The position numbers were made by a program, and so were the translations under genes. Below, one piece after another: positions 41,628 through 50,675 of a stretch of 64,000 nt of DNA. The notes under the pieces are model-generated. The model had not been told where the DNA came from. It ran no database searches and saw only the letters and a program-made list of their open reading frames with translations. Position 1 is the first letter of the stretch. Every line of letters begins with the position of its first letter. Origin of the DNA: Bacteroidaceae bacterium (GTDB lineage Bacteria > Bacteroidota > Bacteroidia > Bacteroidales > Bacteroidaceae); assembly GCA_017647575.1 (NCBI GenBank), contig JAGCKJ010000175.1, positions 3,271 through 67,270 on the forward strand. Direction: 5' to 3'.

Positions 41628-41701
41628 ACAGGTAAAATAGGAAAACTCCCGTTGGCGGTTTAAACTCCGTTTGCGGGAGCTTTCATTTAAATAGAGACAG
41701 T

Positions 41702-42949
41702 ATGGCAATAGTAAAACCATTCAAGGGGGTACGTCCTCCAAAAGCATTAGTAGAGAACGTTCAGAGCCGTCCATACGATGTATTGAACTCTGAAGAGGCA
41801 CGTATTGAAGCAGGTGATAATGAGATGTCACTTTATCATATCATCAAGCCGGAGATTGATTTTCCTGCAGGAACTGAAGATCATGATCCAAAAGTTTATG
41901 ATAAGGCTGTGGAAAACTTTGCAAAGTTCCAGCAGCAGGGCTGGCTGGTACAGGATGCAAAGGAACAGTACTATATCTACGCTCAGACAATGAACGGTAA
42001 GACTCAGTATGGTCTTGTAGTAGGTGCATACGTAGAAGATTATCTGAATGGCAATATCAAGAAACATGAACTTACCCGTCCTGATAAGGAAGAGGACAGA
42101 ATGAAGCATGTTCGTATAAACAACGCAAATATAGAACCTGTATTCTTTGCTTATCCTGATAATGCCGCATTGGATGCTATTGTTGCAAAATATATAACAT
42201 CAGCTCCGGAATATGATTTCACAGCAAAAGATGATGGCTTCCGTCATCAGCTCTGGATAATAGATAATGATGCAGATATAGCAGCTGTAACAGAGGCATT
42301 TTCTGCCATTCCATCGCTATATATTGCTGATGGTCACCATCGTTCTGCAGCAGCAGCTCTGGTAGGCGCAGAAAAAGCAAAGCAGAATCCGGACCACAAA
42401 GGTGATGAAGAGTACAACTACTTTATGGCAGTATGTTTCCCTGCAAGTCAGCTGACAATCATTGATTACAACCGCGTGGTTAAAGACCTGAATGGAATGA
42501 CATCACAGGAATTTTTAGATGCTCTGACAAAGAACTTCGATGTTGTTAAAAAGGGTTCCGATATATACAAACCTGCTGCACTGCATGAATTCTCTCTCTA
42601 TCTGGATGGAGAATGGTATCAGCTGAATGCAAAAGAGGGTACATACGACGACTCAGACCCAATAGGTGTACTTGATGTTACAATATCTTCAAACCTAATA
42701 TTGGATGAATTGCTGGGTATAAAGGATTTACGTCGCGATAAGAGGGTTGATTTTGTGGGCGGAATTCGTGGACTCGGTGAACTGAAGAAGAGGGTTGACA
42801 GTGGCGAAATGAAAGCTGCTTTGGCTTTATATCCGGTTTCTATGAAACAACTTATGGATATTGCTGATAGCGGTAATATTATGCCTCCAAAGACAACCTG
42901 GTTTGAACCAAAACTACGTTCAGGATTGGTAATACATAAATTGGCCTGA
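41702..42949 (+). CDS. DUF1015 family protein (function unknown)
   Basis: 415 aa. MAIVKPFKGVRP..., the central YIADGHHRSAAA and the size are characteristic of DUF1015, as I recall the family. Confidence 0.7.
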   Translation: MAIVKPFKGVRPPKALVENVQSRPYDVLNSEEARIEAGDNEMSLYHIIKPEIDFPAGTEDHDPKVYDKAVENFAKFQQQGWLVQDAKEQYYIYAQTMNGKTQYGLVVGAYVEDYLNGNIKKHELTRPDKEEDRMKHVRINNANIEPVFFAYPDNAALDAIVAKYITSAPEYDFTAKDDGFRHQLWIIDNDADIAAVTEAFSAIPSLYIADGHHRSAAAALVGAEKAKQNPDHKGDEEYNYFMAVCFPASQLTIIDYNRVVKDLNGMTSQEFLDALTKNFDVVKKGSDIYKPAALHEFSLYLDGEWYQLNAKEGTYDDSDPIGVLDVTISSNLILDELLGIKDLRRDKRVDFVGGIRGLGELKKRVDSGEMKAALALYPVSMKQLMDIADSGNIMPPKTTWFEPKLRSGLVIHKLA

Positions 42950-42983
42950 TATCTATTAGATTTGATTAAGACTTTTATATGGT

Positions 42984-43017
42984 GGCGATTGCAATTATGT
43001 AATCGCCGCTTTTTTTA
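42984..43017 (+). terminator. Rho-independent terminator after the DUF1015 gene
   Basis: GGCGATT (42984-42990) pairs with AATCGCC (43001-43007) and is followed by GCTTTTTTT. Confidence 0.7.
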
Positions 43018-43099
43018 TTATTGCTGTTCCAAATTTGTAGGTTTGAATAATATGTGGTATTTTTGAAAAATATTGTAACATTGGTTAAGTGGGCTATAT

Positions 43100-43762
43100 A
43101 TGGGAGATGGTGTTCTTGATTCATATTTAACGGTAAATGGAACTGCCGAGGGCGAATACTCCGAAAAGCGGAGTAAGTTCTATGCATTTTCTTTTCACGT
43201 TGAGAATACCGAACAGATAAAAAGTATTGTAGCCGATGTGCAGAAAAAATATTATGATGCACGTCACGTCTGTTATGCCTATATGTTGGGACCGGAAAGA
43301 GTGGACTGGAGGGTAAACGACAACGGAGAACCATCAGGAACAGCTGGTAAACCAATTTTAGGACAGATTAACAGCAGAGGGCTAACTGATGTTCTTGTAG
43401 CTGTAGTAAGGTACTTTGGCGGTGTAAAGCTGGGAACCAGTGGGTTGATAGAGGCATACAGACAGGCAACTGTAGAGGTGCTGAATAATGCAGAAATAGT
43501 TACAAGATATGTAGAAAAGGATATAACCATTCTTTTTGACTTTCCTGTAATGAATGATGTGATGAAACTAGTGAAAGAGTTCAGCCCTGCTGTTGTGTCG
43601 CAGGAATATGACTCCTATTCACCACCGGAAGGTATAAACAGAACAAAGAATTTTGATTGCAGAATTGTATTGAGAAGCAGATTGACTACTATTGCAGCAA
43701 TACAGACTGCATTAGACAAAATACTGGAGCCACAGGCGGTTCCAAATCTGGCGTATGAATGA
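43100..43762 (+). CDS. yigZ: YigZ / IMPACT (UPF0029) family protein
   Basis: 220 aa. The sequence shows EKRSKFYAF...ARHVCYAY...NDNGEPSGTAGKPIL. Confidence 0.85.
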   Translation: MGDGVLDSYLTVNGTAEGEYSEKRSKFYAFSFHVENTEQIKSIVADVQKKYYDARHVCYAYMLGPERVDWRVNDNGEPSGTAGKPILGQINSRGLTDVLVAVVRYFGGVKLGTSGLIEAYRQATVEVLNNAEIVTRYVEKDITILFDFPVMNDVMKLVKEFSPAVVSQEYDSYSPPEGINRTKNFDCRIVLRSRLTTIAAIQTALDKILEPQAVPNLAYE

Positions 43763-43772
43763 ATAAAAACAG

Positions 43773-45866
43773 ATGTATATGATGAAGACTTTTAGATTAT
43801 CTCTTTTATCGATGGCATTGGTAGGTATGCTGTCGTGTGATTGTGGCAATCAGGTACCGGTAAATACCGATGGTCATAATTTGTGGTTCAATTCTTTGGG
43901 TGAAGAACAGATTCTTTCATCTTCAAAATCCACTATGGCGATATTGCAGAATGAACTTAATAACTATTGGCAGGGATCGCAGGTTGTTAATGTGAAGTTA
44001 CTGGGGCAGAAAAATCAGGATTTAGGTAATGAAGGCTATGTAATAGATTACAATGCCGATTCTGTAGTTATTTATGCAAATACCCAGATTGCTGCACTGT
44101 ATGGTACATACGATCTGATTCGTATGCAGGAGAGTGGACAACTGGGTAAGAAAGCATTCTCAAAGACAGAACTTCCGGCATTCCACAATCGTATATTGAA
44201 CCACTGGGATAATCCTAACGGTACAATTGAACGCGGTTATGCAGGTCAATCATTGTGGAACTGGGATGAACTTCCAAACATAGTATCGCCTGTATATGAA
44301 GAGTATGCACGTGCAAACGCTTCAATAGGTATCAATGGAACAGTATTGAATAATGTAAATGCAGATCCTATAATGCTTACACCTGAATATCTTCAGAAGG
44401 TAAAGGTGCTGGCAGATATATTCCGTCCATACGGTCTGAAGGTATATCTTTCATTGAATTTTGCATCGCCTAAGCATCTGGCTAATCTGAAGACTTCCGA
44501 TCCTCTTGACAAGGACGTTATTCAGTGGTGGAACGATAAGGCAAAGGAGATCTATTCAATAATTCCTGATTTTGGCGGATTCCTGGTTAAGGCAAATTCA
44601 GAAGGACAGTCTGGCCCTCAGGATTATGGCAGAACACATGCTGATGGTGCAAATATGATAGCAGATGCGGTTGCTCCATTCGGTGGAATAGTTATGTGGC
44701 GTGCCTTTGTTTATGATGCTCAGTCACCTGACCGTGCAAAGCAGGCGGTAGAGGAGTTCCTGCCTTTTGATGGCAAATTCCGCGATAATGTTATAATCCA
44801 GATCAAGAACGGCCCTATCGATTTCCAGCCTCGTGAACCATTCAGCCCTCTGTTCGGACAGTTGGAAAATACCAATGTAATGGCTGAATTCCAGATTACA
44901 CAGGAATATCTTGGCTTCTCAAACCATCTGGTATATCTGCACCCAATGTGGAAGGAGTGTCTGGATTCAGATACATATCAGAAGGGCGAAGGTTCTACTG
45001 TAGCAGAAATTACCAAAGGTGTAACTCATAACCGTCCAATAAATGCAATAGCAGGTGTTACAAACATAGGCGATAGCATAAACTGGTGCGGACACCATTT
45101 TGCTCAGGCTAACTGGTATGCATACGGTCGTATGGCATGGAATCCTGAACTCTCATCAGAGCAGATTGCCGATGAGTGGCTAAGACAGACCTTCAGCAGT
45201 GAAAAGAAGTTCTTGGAACCTGTAAAGGATATGATGCTGATGTCTCGTGAAACAAACGTTAAGTATGAAATGCCACTTGGATTGCATCACATCTTCTCAA
45301 GTCAGGGACATTACGGCCCAGGTCCATGGGAAACACTTGGCCGTCCGGACTGGTCGCCTGTATATTACCATAAGGCAGGTAAAGATGGTATAGGATTTGA
45401 CAGAACAATGAATGGTAGTGAAGCTGTTGCACAGTATCATGAGCCATTGAAATCTCTGTATAACAATGTAGAAACTTGTCCTGAAAATCTGATTTTGTGG
45501 TTCCATCATCTTCCATGGGATTACAAGATGAAGAGCGGAAATACTCTGTGGGATGAGCTCTGCTACACATACCAGGAGGGTATAGACGAAGCTGCATCAT
45601 TCATAGATACATGGAAGTCTGTAGAAAAGTATGTTGATGCACAGCGTTTCAATGCAGTATATAGAAAGATTGTTCGTCAGGCAAAAGATGCTATCTGGTG
45701 GAGAGATGCCTGTATGCTCTATTTCCAGACATTCTCAGGTATGCCTATTCCTGAGGATTGCACACAGCCTCAATATACAATAGAAGAGTTGCGCAGAGTA
45801 CGTCTGGGTATCTCAAATTATGAAACACCTGCATTGGAAAAACTGCCGGCTTACGAACTGAAATAG
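43773..45866 (+). CDS. aguA: Alpha-glucuronidase, glycoside hydrolase family 67 (lipoprotein)
   Basis: 697 aa with the signal/lipobox LVGMLSC. FGGFLVKANSEGQSGP and the overall size match GH67 AguA. Confidence 0.88.
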   Translation: MYMMKTFRLSLLSMALVGMLSCDCGNQVPVNTDGHNLWFNSLGEEQILSSSKSTMAILQNELNNYWQGSQVVNVKLLGQKNQDLGNEGYVIDYNADSVVIYANTQIAALYGTYDLIRMQESGQLGKKAFSKTELPAFHNRILNHWDNPNGTIERGYAGQSLWNWDELPNIVSPVYEEYARANASIGINGTVLNNVNADPIMLTPEYLQKVKVLADIFRPYGLKVYLSLNFASPKHLANLKTSDPLDKDVIQWWNDKAKEIYSIIPDFGGFLVKANSEGQSGPQDYGRTHADGANMIADAVAPFGGIVMWRAFVYDAQSPDRAKQAVEEFLPFDGKFRDNVIIQIKNGPIDFQPREPFSPLFGQLENTNVMAEFQITQEYLGFSNHLVYLHPMWKECLDSDTYQKGEGSTVAEITKGVTHNRPINAIAGVTNIGDSINWCGHHFAQANWYAYGRMAWNPELSSEQIADEWLRQTFSSEKKFLEPVKDMMLMSRETNVKYEMPLGLHHIFSSQGHYGPGPWETLGRPDWSPVYYHKAGKDGIGFDRTMNGSEAVAQYHEPLKSLYNNVETCPENLILWFHHLPWDYKMKSGNTLWDELCYTYQEGIDEAASFIDTWKSVEKYVDAQRFNAVYRKIVRQAKDAIWWRDACMLYFQTFSGMPIPEDCTQPQYTIEELRRVRLGISNYETPALEKLPAYELK

Positions 45867-45872
45867 CTCTTT

Positions 45873-46853
45873 ATGAACAAAGTTGTAAAATCCTTGCTCT
45901 CTGTCAGTCAGGTGCCGGTTATGCCTATAATGACGCACCCGGGAATAGAACTGATAGGTAAAAAAGTAATAGATGCCATAAAAGATGGCCAGACTCACTA
46001 TGAAGCTGTAATGGCTCTTAGGAAACGTTTCCCGCAATCGATGGCATCTACTACCATTATGGATTTGTCTGTAGAGGCAGAAGCATTTGGCGCAAATATT
46101 GTCTTTGATGATAACGAAGTGCCAACAGTAACTGGCAGAATGCTGGAGTCGGTAGCCGATGTTGAGGCACTGCAGATTCCATCATTAGATACAATGCGTG
46201 TACCTGAGTATCTTAAAGCAAACAGACTTGCTGCAGCAGAACTTGATGTTCCTCTGTTTGGCGGTTGTATAGGCCCATTTTCACTGGCAGGTCGTCTGTA
46301 CGATATGACCGAACTGATGATGGCTATGTACATAGAACCTGATACAGCAAATCTGCTTTTAGACAAGTGTACGCAGTTTATACTTGAATATTGCAGAAAA
46401 ATTAAAGAGTGTGGTAGTGCAGGTGTGGTTATGGCAGAACCTGCAGCAGGATTATTGTCGAATGATGATTGTCAAACATATTCATCACGTTTTGTAAAGA
46501 GGATTGTTGATACTCTTCAGGACGATAATTTTGTAGTTATGCTGCATAATTGCGGTAACACAGGTCAATGTACAAAAGCAATGATAGAGACGGGTGCGGC
46601 TGCACTCCATTTTGGCAATGCCATTGATATGGCTCAGGTGCTTGACGAAGTACCAGCGGATATAGCGGTGAGCGGTAATATCAATCCTGTTGAGATAATG
46701 AAGTTTGGAACTCCTCAGCAAGTGGAAGATGCTGCAAGGCAACTTGTCAGACTGGCGGAGAAGCATAATAACTTTATCCTCTCAACCGGTTGCGATGTTC
46801 CGCCTGAAACACCGTTTGAGAATATTGAATCACTATTTAATGCAACAATTTAA
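45873..46853 (+). CDS. Uroporphyrinogen-decarboxylase-fold protein, MtaA/CmuA-like methyltransferase (not HemE)
   Basis: 326 aa starting 6 nt after the GH67 stop. It lacks the HemE PxWxMRQAGR signature. It has MLHNCGN (H-x-C) and LSTGCDVP (Cys), matching the zinc triad of methylcobamide methyltransferases. Confidence 0.7.
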   Translation: MNKVVKSLLSVSQVPVMPIMTHPGIELIGKKVIDAIKDGQTHYEAVMALRKRFPQSMASTTIMDLSVEAEAFGANIVFDDNEVPTVTGRMLESVADVEALQIPSLDTMRVPEYLKANRLAAAELDVPLFGGCIGPFSLAGRLYDMTELMMAMYIEPDTANLLLDKCTQFILEYCRKIKECGSAGVVMAEPAAGLLSNDDCQTYSSRFVKRIVDTLQDDNFVVMLHNCGNTGQCTKAMIETGAAALHFGNAIDMAQVLDEVPADIAVSGNINPVEIMKFGTPQQVEDAARQLVRLAEKHNNFILSTGCDVPPETPFENIESLFNATI

Positions 46854-46865
46854 AACAGAAATAAT

Positions 46866-47927
46866 ATGAATGCAGAACAAATCAGAATTTTAGAAGAGAC
46901 TATTGAGCATAAAAATAGTAAGATACCGGTAGCTCTTATAGCAGATAGTCCCTGGATTCCGGGTTATTGCGGACATACCTTTATGGATTACTACGCACGC
47001 ACAGATGTGTGGATGGCCGATAACCGCAAGATTCGCAAGGATTTCCCGGAAGCAATTTTTGTTCCTGGCTGGTGGGTAGAATATGGAATGGTAGCTGAAC
47101 CAAGTGGATTTGGTTGCCCAACCTGTTATTTTGACGATAATCTTCCTCATCTGCGTCCTCTTACTGAAGATCTGGACAAAGCAGAAGAGATATTCAGGAA
47201 TCTGCAGATTCCAGATCCTAAGATAGATGGTGTAATGCCATTCCTGTTGAATCAGCAGCGTCTGTTCCAGCCTCAGCTGGAAGCCGACGGCGATGAAGTA
47301 TATATGGTTTGTGCGCGTGGACCTTTCACAGTTGCATCACATATCTTTACTGTAACACAGTTGCTTATGCTTATGATGATAAATCCTGAAGCTGCCGATG
47401 TGTTACTGCAGAAGACAACAAAGATTGTAAAACTCTGGCTGGAGGCTCAGCTTGAAAATGTAAAGACTGCAAAAGCAATTATGGTACTGGACGATGTATG
47501 CGGTTATTTCAGCCCTGAAGATTTCACTACACTCTGTATGCCATATATGAAAGAGATATTCTCATCATTCCCTGAACTGCGTCACTATTTCCATAATGAC
47601 TTTACATCTAATTCCTGCTATCCTCATCTGCAGGAGATGGGTGTGGATGTGTTCAACTTTACTCATACTCAGGATATAGTTGAGAGTCGTAAAATGGCTG
47701 GTGATAAGGTGGTTCTGATGGGTAATGTTCCTCCAATGCTGTTGGTGAACGATACCCCTGAAACTGTATATAACACAACAAAGGATATTGTAAACAGATA
47801 TATTGCAGCTAATGGAAGTCATCATGGCTTGATGCTCAGCACCGGTGGCGGTCTGCCAATGGGCGCAAAGCAGGAGAATATTGATGCGCTGATTGCAGCA
47901 GTACGTGATATAAATGCTACGTTGTAG
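46866..47927 (+). CDS. Uroporphyrinogen-decarboxylase-fold protein, divergent paralog lacking the Cys zinc ligands
   Basis: 353 aa starting 12 nt after the preceding stop. It has the URO-D-like RGPFTVASHI. The equivalent zinc positions read FHNDF and LSTGGGLP. Confidence 0.65.
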   Translation: MNAEQIRILEETIEHKNSKIPVALIADSPWIPGYCGHTFMDYYARTDVWMADNRKIRKDFPEAIFVPGWWVEYGMVAEPSGFGCPTCYFDDNLPHLRPLTEDLDKAEEIFRNLQIPDPKIDGVMPFLLNQQRLFQPQLEADGDEVYMVCARGPFTVASHIFTVTQLLMLMMINPEAADVLLQKTTKIVKLWLEAQLENVKTAKAIMVLDDVCGYFSPEDFTTLCMPYMKEIFSSFPELRHYFHNDFTSNSCYPHLQEMGVDVFNFTHTQDIVESRKMAGDKVVLMGNVPPMLLVNDTPETVYNTTKDIVNRYIAANGSHHGLMLSTGGGLPMGAKQENIDALIAAVRDINATL

Positions 47928-48092
47928 CATTTATATCATAAACCTTGTTTATATGGCTTCCTCCGGAAGCGCCCTTCGGGCCAATTAGTTGCTGTAGCAT
48001 TTATATCATAAATCTTGTTTATATGGCTTCCTCCGGAAGCGCGTTTCGCGCCAATTAATTGTCTACACTGTAGCATTTATATCACGTACCTT
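47923..48092 (+). repeat. Tandem direct repeat, 2.3 copies of a 70-76 bp unit, each unit carrying two short GC-rich hairpins
   Basis: Units start with TGTAGCATTTATATCA at 47923, 47993 and 48069. Copies 1 and 2 differ at 5 of 68 aligned positions. Hairpin 1 is GCTTCC-TCC-GGAAGC. Hairpin 2 is GCCC-TTC-GGGC in copy 1 and GCGT-TTC-GCGC in copy 2. Confidence 0.9.
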
Positions 48093-48198
48093 ATAATAAA
48101 TTAGTATGACAAGACACTTTATGCTATTATTACCGAAAAGTTGAACTTATTAGTTCTGCACCTCAATACTACAATAAGATATTAGTGCCTAAATAGAT

Positions 48199-50625
48199 AT
48201 GAAAGCAAAACTGACAAAACCATTACATATTTTATTAATAATATTCACGGCACTGTGTTCTTGTCGTGGCATATCAACAGAGAATATATTGGAATGTTGG
48301 CAGAGTAACAACGCTCAAAAATATACAAATGAGGATAAGTGTTGGATATACCCTATTTACGAAGAAAATAGCATCTGTTTCTATCTGGAAGATACAATAG
48401 CAGTTGTTGCTCCTTATATTGAAACAATGCATGGTTTTGAATCAATTCTTGCAAATTATTATTGCGATACAATAGTTATTCCCACTTCAGTTTATCATGA
48501 TGGAAGGGAGTATCCTGTAAGAAAGATTGGATCAGGAGCATTCAGTAGTTCAAACAATATTCAACATATAGTTATTCCAGAGGGAATTAAGGAGATTGAA
48601 AATAGTTCATTCGTCTATTGTTCGCTTAAAAGCATTGATATTCCATCCAGTACAACAATAATTGGTATTGATGCTTTTAATGAGTGCAGACAACTAAAAG
48701 AGATTAAAATCTCAGAAAACAATCCTGTGTATGCGTCAATTTCGGGTCAATCTGTAATTATTGATAAGAAGAGTAATAAATTACACAGGATGGTCAATGC
48801 TGGCAATATTCCATCATCTATTAAACATATAGGTAGAGGCGCGTTTAGTAGTCTGAAAATAAATACTTTATATATTCCCGAAAACATTGAGACAATTGAA
48901 CCTGGTGCATTTTTAAATTGCTCAATTGATAGTATAAAAATTCATCCAGATAATAGATTCTTTGATACCACACCAGGGATAAACTGCATTATTGACAGCA
49001 AAACTGGAGTACTTTTAGCTGGAGCTAAAAGTGTAAGAATCATACCAGACAACGTCATTGAAATATCTAATGATGCGTTTAGGGGAGTAGAGTTAGGTGA
49101 TTCAATTGTTTTAAATGAAAAACTCAGGATTATTGGTGACGGAGCATTTTATGGGCATAATTTTAAAGCTATTCATATCCCATCTAATGTTCACAAAATA
49201 GGTGATAAAGCTTTCGCACTGGATGAATTCGCAAATAGTAACAGATTAACTTCTATTACACTAGATGACAGAAATCGTCATTTTAATAGTCCCCAAGGTA
49301 GTAATGTATTAATTAGGAAGAAAGATAAGGCATTAATTCTTGGTTGTAGTAACTCTACTATACCAAAAGGAATAAAAAGTATAGGTTATGGAGCGTTTCA
49401 GGATTGCTTAATATCAAGCGTAAATATACCGGAAGGAGTTTTACATATAGGTGATTCAGCTTTTATAGACTGTCGGAAGTTAACTGAACTACACTTGCCT
49501 AAATCGATTAAAACGCTGGGCAATAGTGCATTTCAGCGTTGTACAGCATTGACTGATGTTGTTCTTCCAGAAGACCTTGTAGAATTAGGGAAGTATTGTT
49601 TTTGTCTGACTGACATAGATTCAATCACCATACCAGGCGGTATTAAGGTTATAGGTGATAATGCATTTTCATATACCCAATTAACTGATATTGTTATACC
49701 GGAAGGAGTTGTAATAATAGGAGAAAGCGCGTTTAATTCAACACCATTAAAGAGTGTTACATTACCTGAATCGCTTAAGATAATTGCAGATGCCGCTTTT
49801 TCTTCTTGTGGTGAACTATATTCAATTGAACTACCACAATCATTAAGGTATATAGGAAACAGAGCTTTTACATATACCGCATTAGACAAAGTTAATTTTG
49901 GAAAATCATTAGAGGTGATAGGAGAAAATGCTTTTGGAGCTTGTGATAATATCAGATATGTATATATACCTGCAAGTGTTAAAGTGATAGGAGATTGTGC
50001 TTTTTACGGTTGCAGATTAGATAGTTTGTTTGTTCATGATGATAATGAGCGTTACTATTCGGGCGCTTATAATGTAATAGTTGACAAATCTGACAACAGA
50101 GTAATAGCAGGAAGTTCGGCTGCATCTATTCCGGATGGTGTTGAGATTATTGCTAAGCAATCATTCTTTGCAGTGAATATTAATAACATTCAGCTACCTG
50201 AAGGTGTGACAACCATAGAAGAGAGTGCATTTTATGCTTCCAATGCTATGACTCAGATTCAGTTCCCACATACATTAACCAAGATTGAAAATTCAGCATT
50301 TTGCAACTGTTCTTCATTAAAGACTATACACATTCCTGGTGGTATTGATGTTATACCTGAAGCAGCTTTTTCACTTTGTACATCTCTTGAAAATGTTACC
50401 ATTGCAGAGGGTGTTAAAGTCATTGAAGATTATGCTTTTCATAGTTGTACCAATCTAAAAACAATTGTGATCCCATCAACAGTTACACAAATAGGCAAGA
50501 ATGTCTTTAAAGATTGTTGGCAACTAAAAAATATTATCAATAAATCAAATATTGATATAGCCCCGATAGAAACGCCAAAACCTACTCGTGATTATTCTCG
50601 TTCAATAGCTGCAATAGTTTTATAA
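48199..50625 (+). CDS. BspA-type leucine-rich-repeat surface protein (probable lipoprotein)
   Basis: 808 aa. The N-terminus is MKAKLTKPLHILLIIFTALCSC. More than 20 tandem units of about 23 aa follow the pattern IPxxVxxIGxxAFxxCxxLxxI. The gene is visibly more AT-rich than the flanking core genes. Confidence 0.85.
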   Translation: MKAKLTKPLHILLIIFTALCSCRGISTENILECWQSNNAQKYTNEDKCWIYPIYEENSICFYLEDTIAVVAPYIETMHGFESILANYYCDTIVIPTSVYHDGREYPVRKIGSGAFSSSNNIQHIVIPEGIKEIENSSFVYCSLKSIDIPSSTTIIGIDAFNECRQLKEIKISENNPVYASISGQSVIIDKKSNKLHRMVNAGNIPSSIKHIGRGAFSSLKINTLYIPENIETIEPGAFLNCSIDSIKIHPDNRFFDTTPGINCIIDSKTGVLLAGAKSVRIIPDNVIEISNDAFRGVELGDSIVLNEKLRIIGDGAFYGHNFKAIHIPSNVHKIGDKAFALDEFANSNRLTSITLDDRNRHFNSPQGSNVLIRKKDKALILGCSNSTIPKGIKSIGYGAFQDCLISSVNIPEGVLHIGDSAFIDCRKLTELHLPKSIKTLGNSAFQRCTALTDVVLPEDLVELGKYCFCLTDIDSITIPGGIKVIGDNAFSYTQLTDIVIPEGVVIIGESAFNSTPLKSVTLPESLKIIADAAFSSCGELYSIELPQSLRYIGNRAFTYTALDKVNFGKSLEVIGENAFGACDNIRYVYIPASVKVIGDCAFYGCRLDSLFVHDDNERYYSGAYNVIVDKSDNRVIAGSSAASIPDGVEIIAKQSFFAVNINNIQLPEGVTTIEESAFYASNAMTQIQFPHTLTKIENSAFCNCSSLKTIHIPGGIDVIPEAAFSLCTSLENVTIAEGVKVIEDYAFHSCTNLKTIVIPSTVTQIGKNVFKDCWQLKNIINKSNIDIAPIETPKPTRDYSRSIAAIVL

Positions 50626-50675
50626 TCTTACAAACAGCGAAGTCTTGATATATGAATAGTTATTTACTAAGAATG

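Noticed and set aside
41643-41688. Imperfect direct repeat AAACTCCCGTTGGCGG / AAACTCCGTTTGCGGG and a CTCCCG...CGGGAG hairpin after serA
   Set aside because: It could be a weak terminator or attenuator, but the stem is short, the loop is long and the T-run is poor. That is not enough to call a feature.
47923-48092. Could the tandem repeat be a CRISPR array?
   Set aside because: There are only 2.3 directly abutting copies with no unique spacers, the unit length is 70-76 bp, and no cas genes are present in the window.
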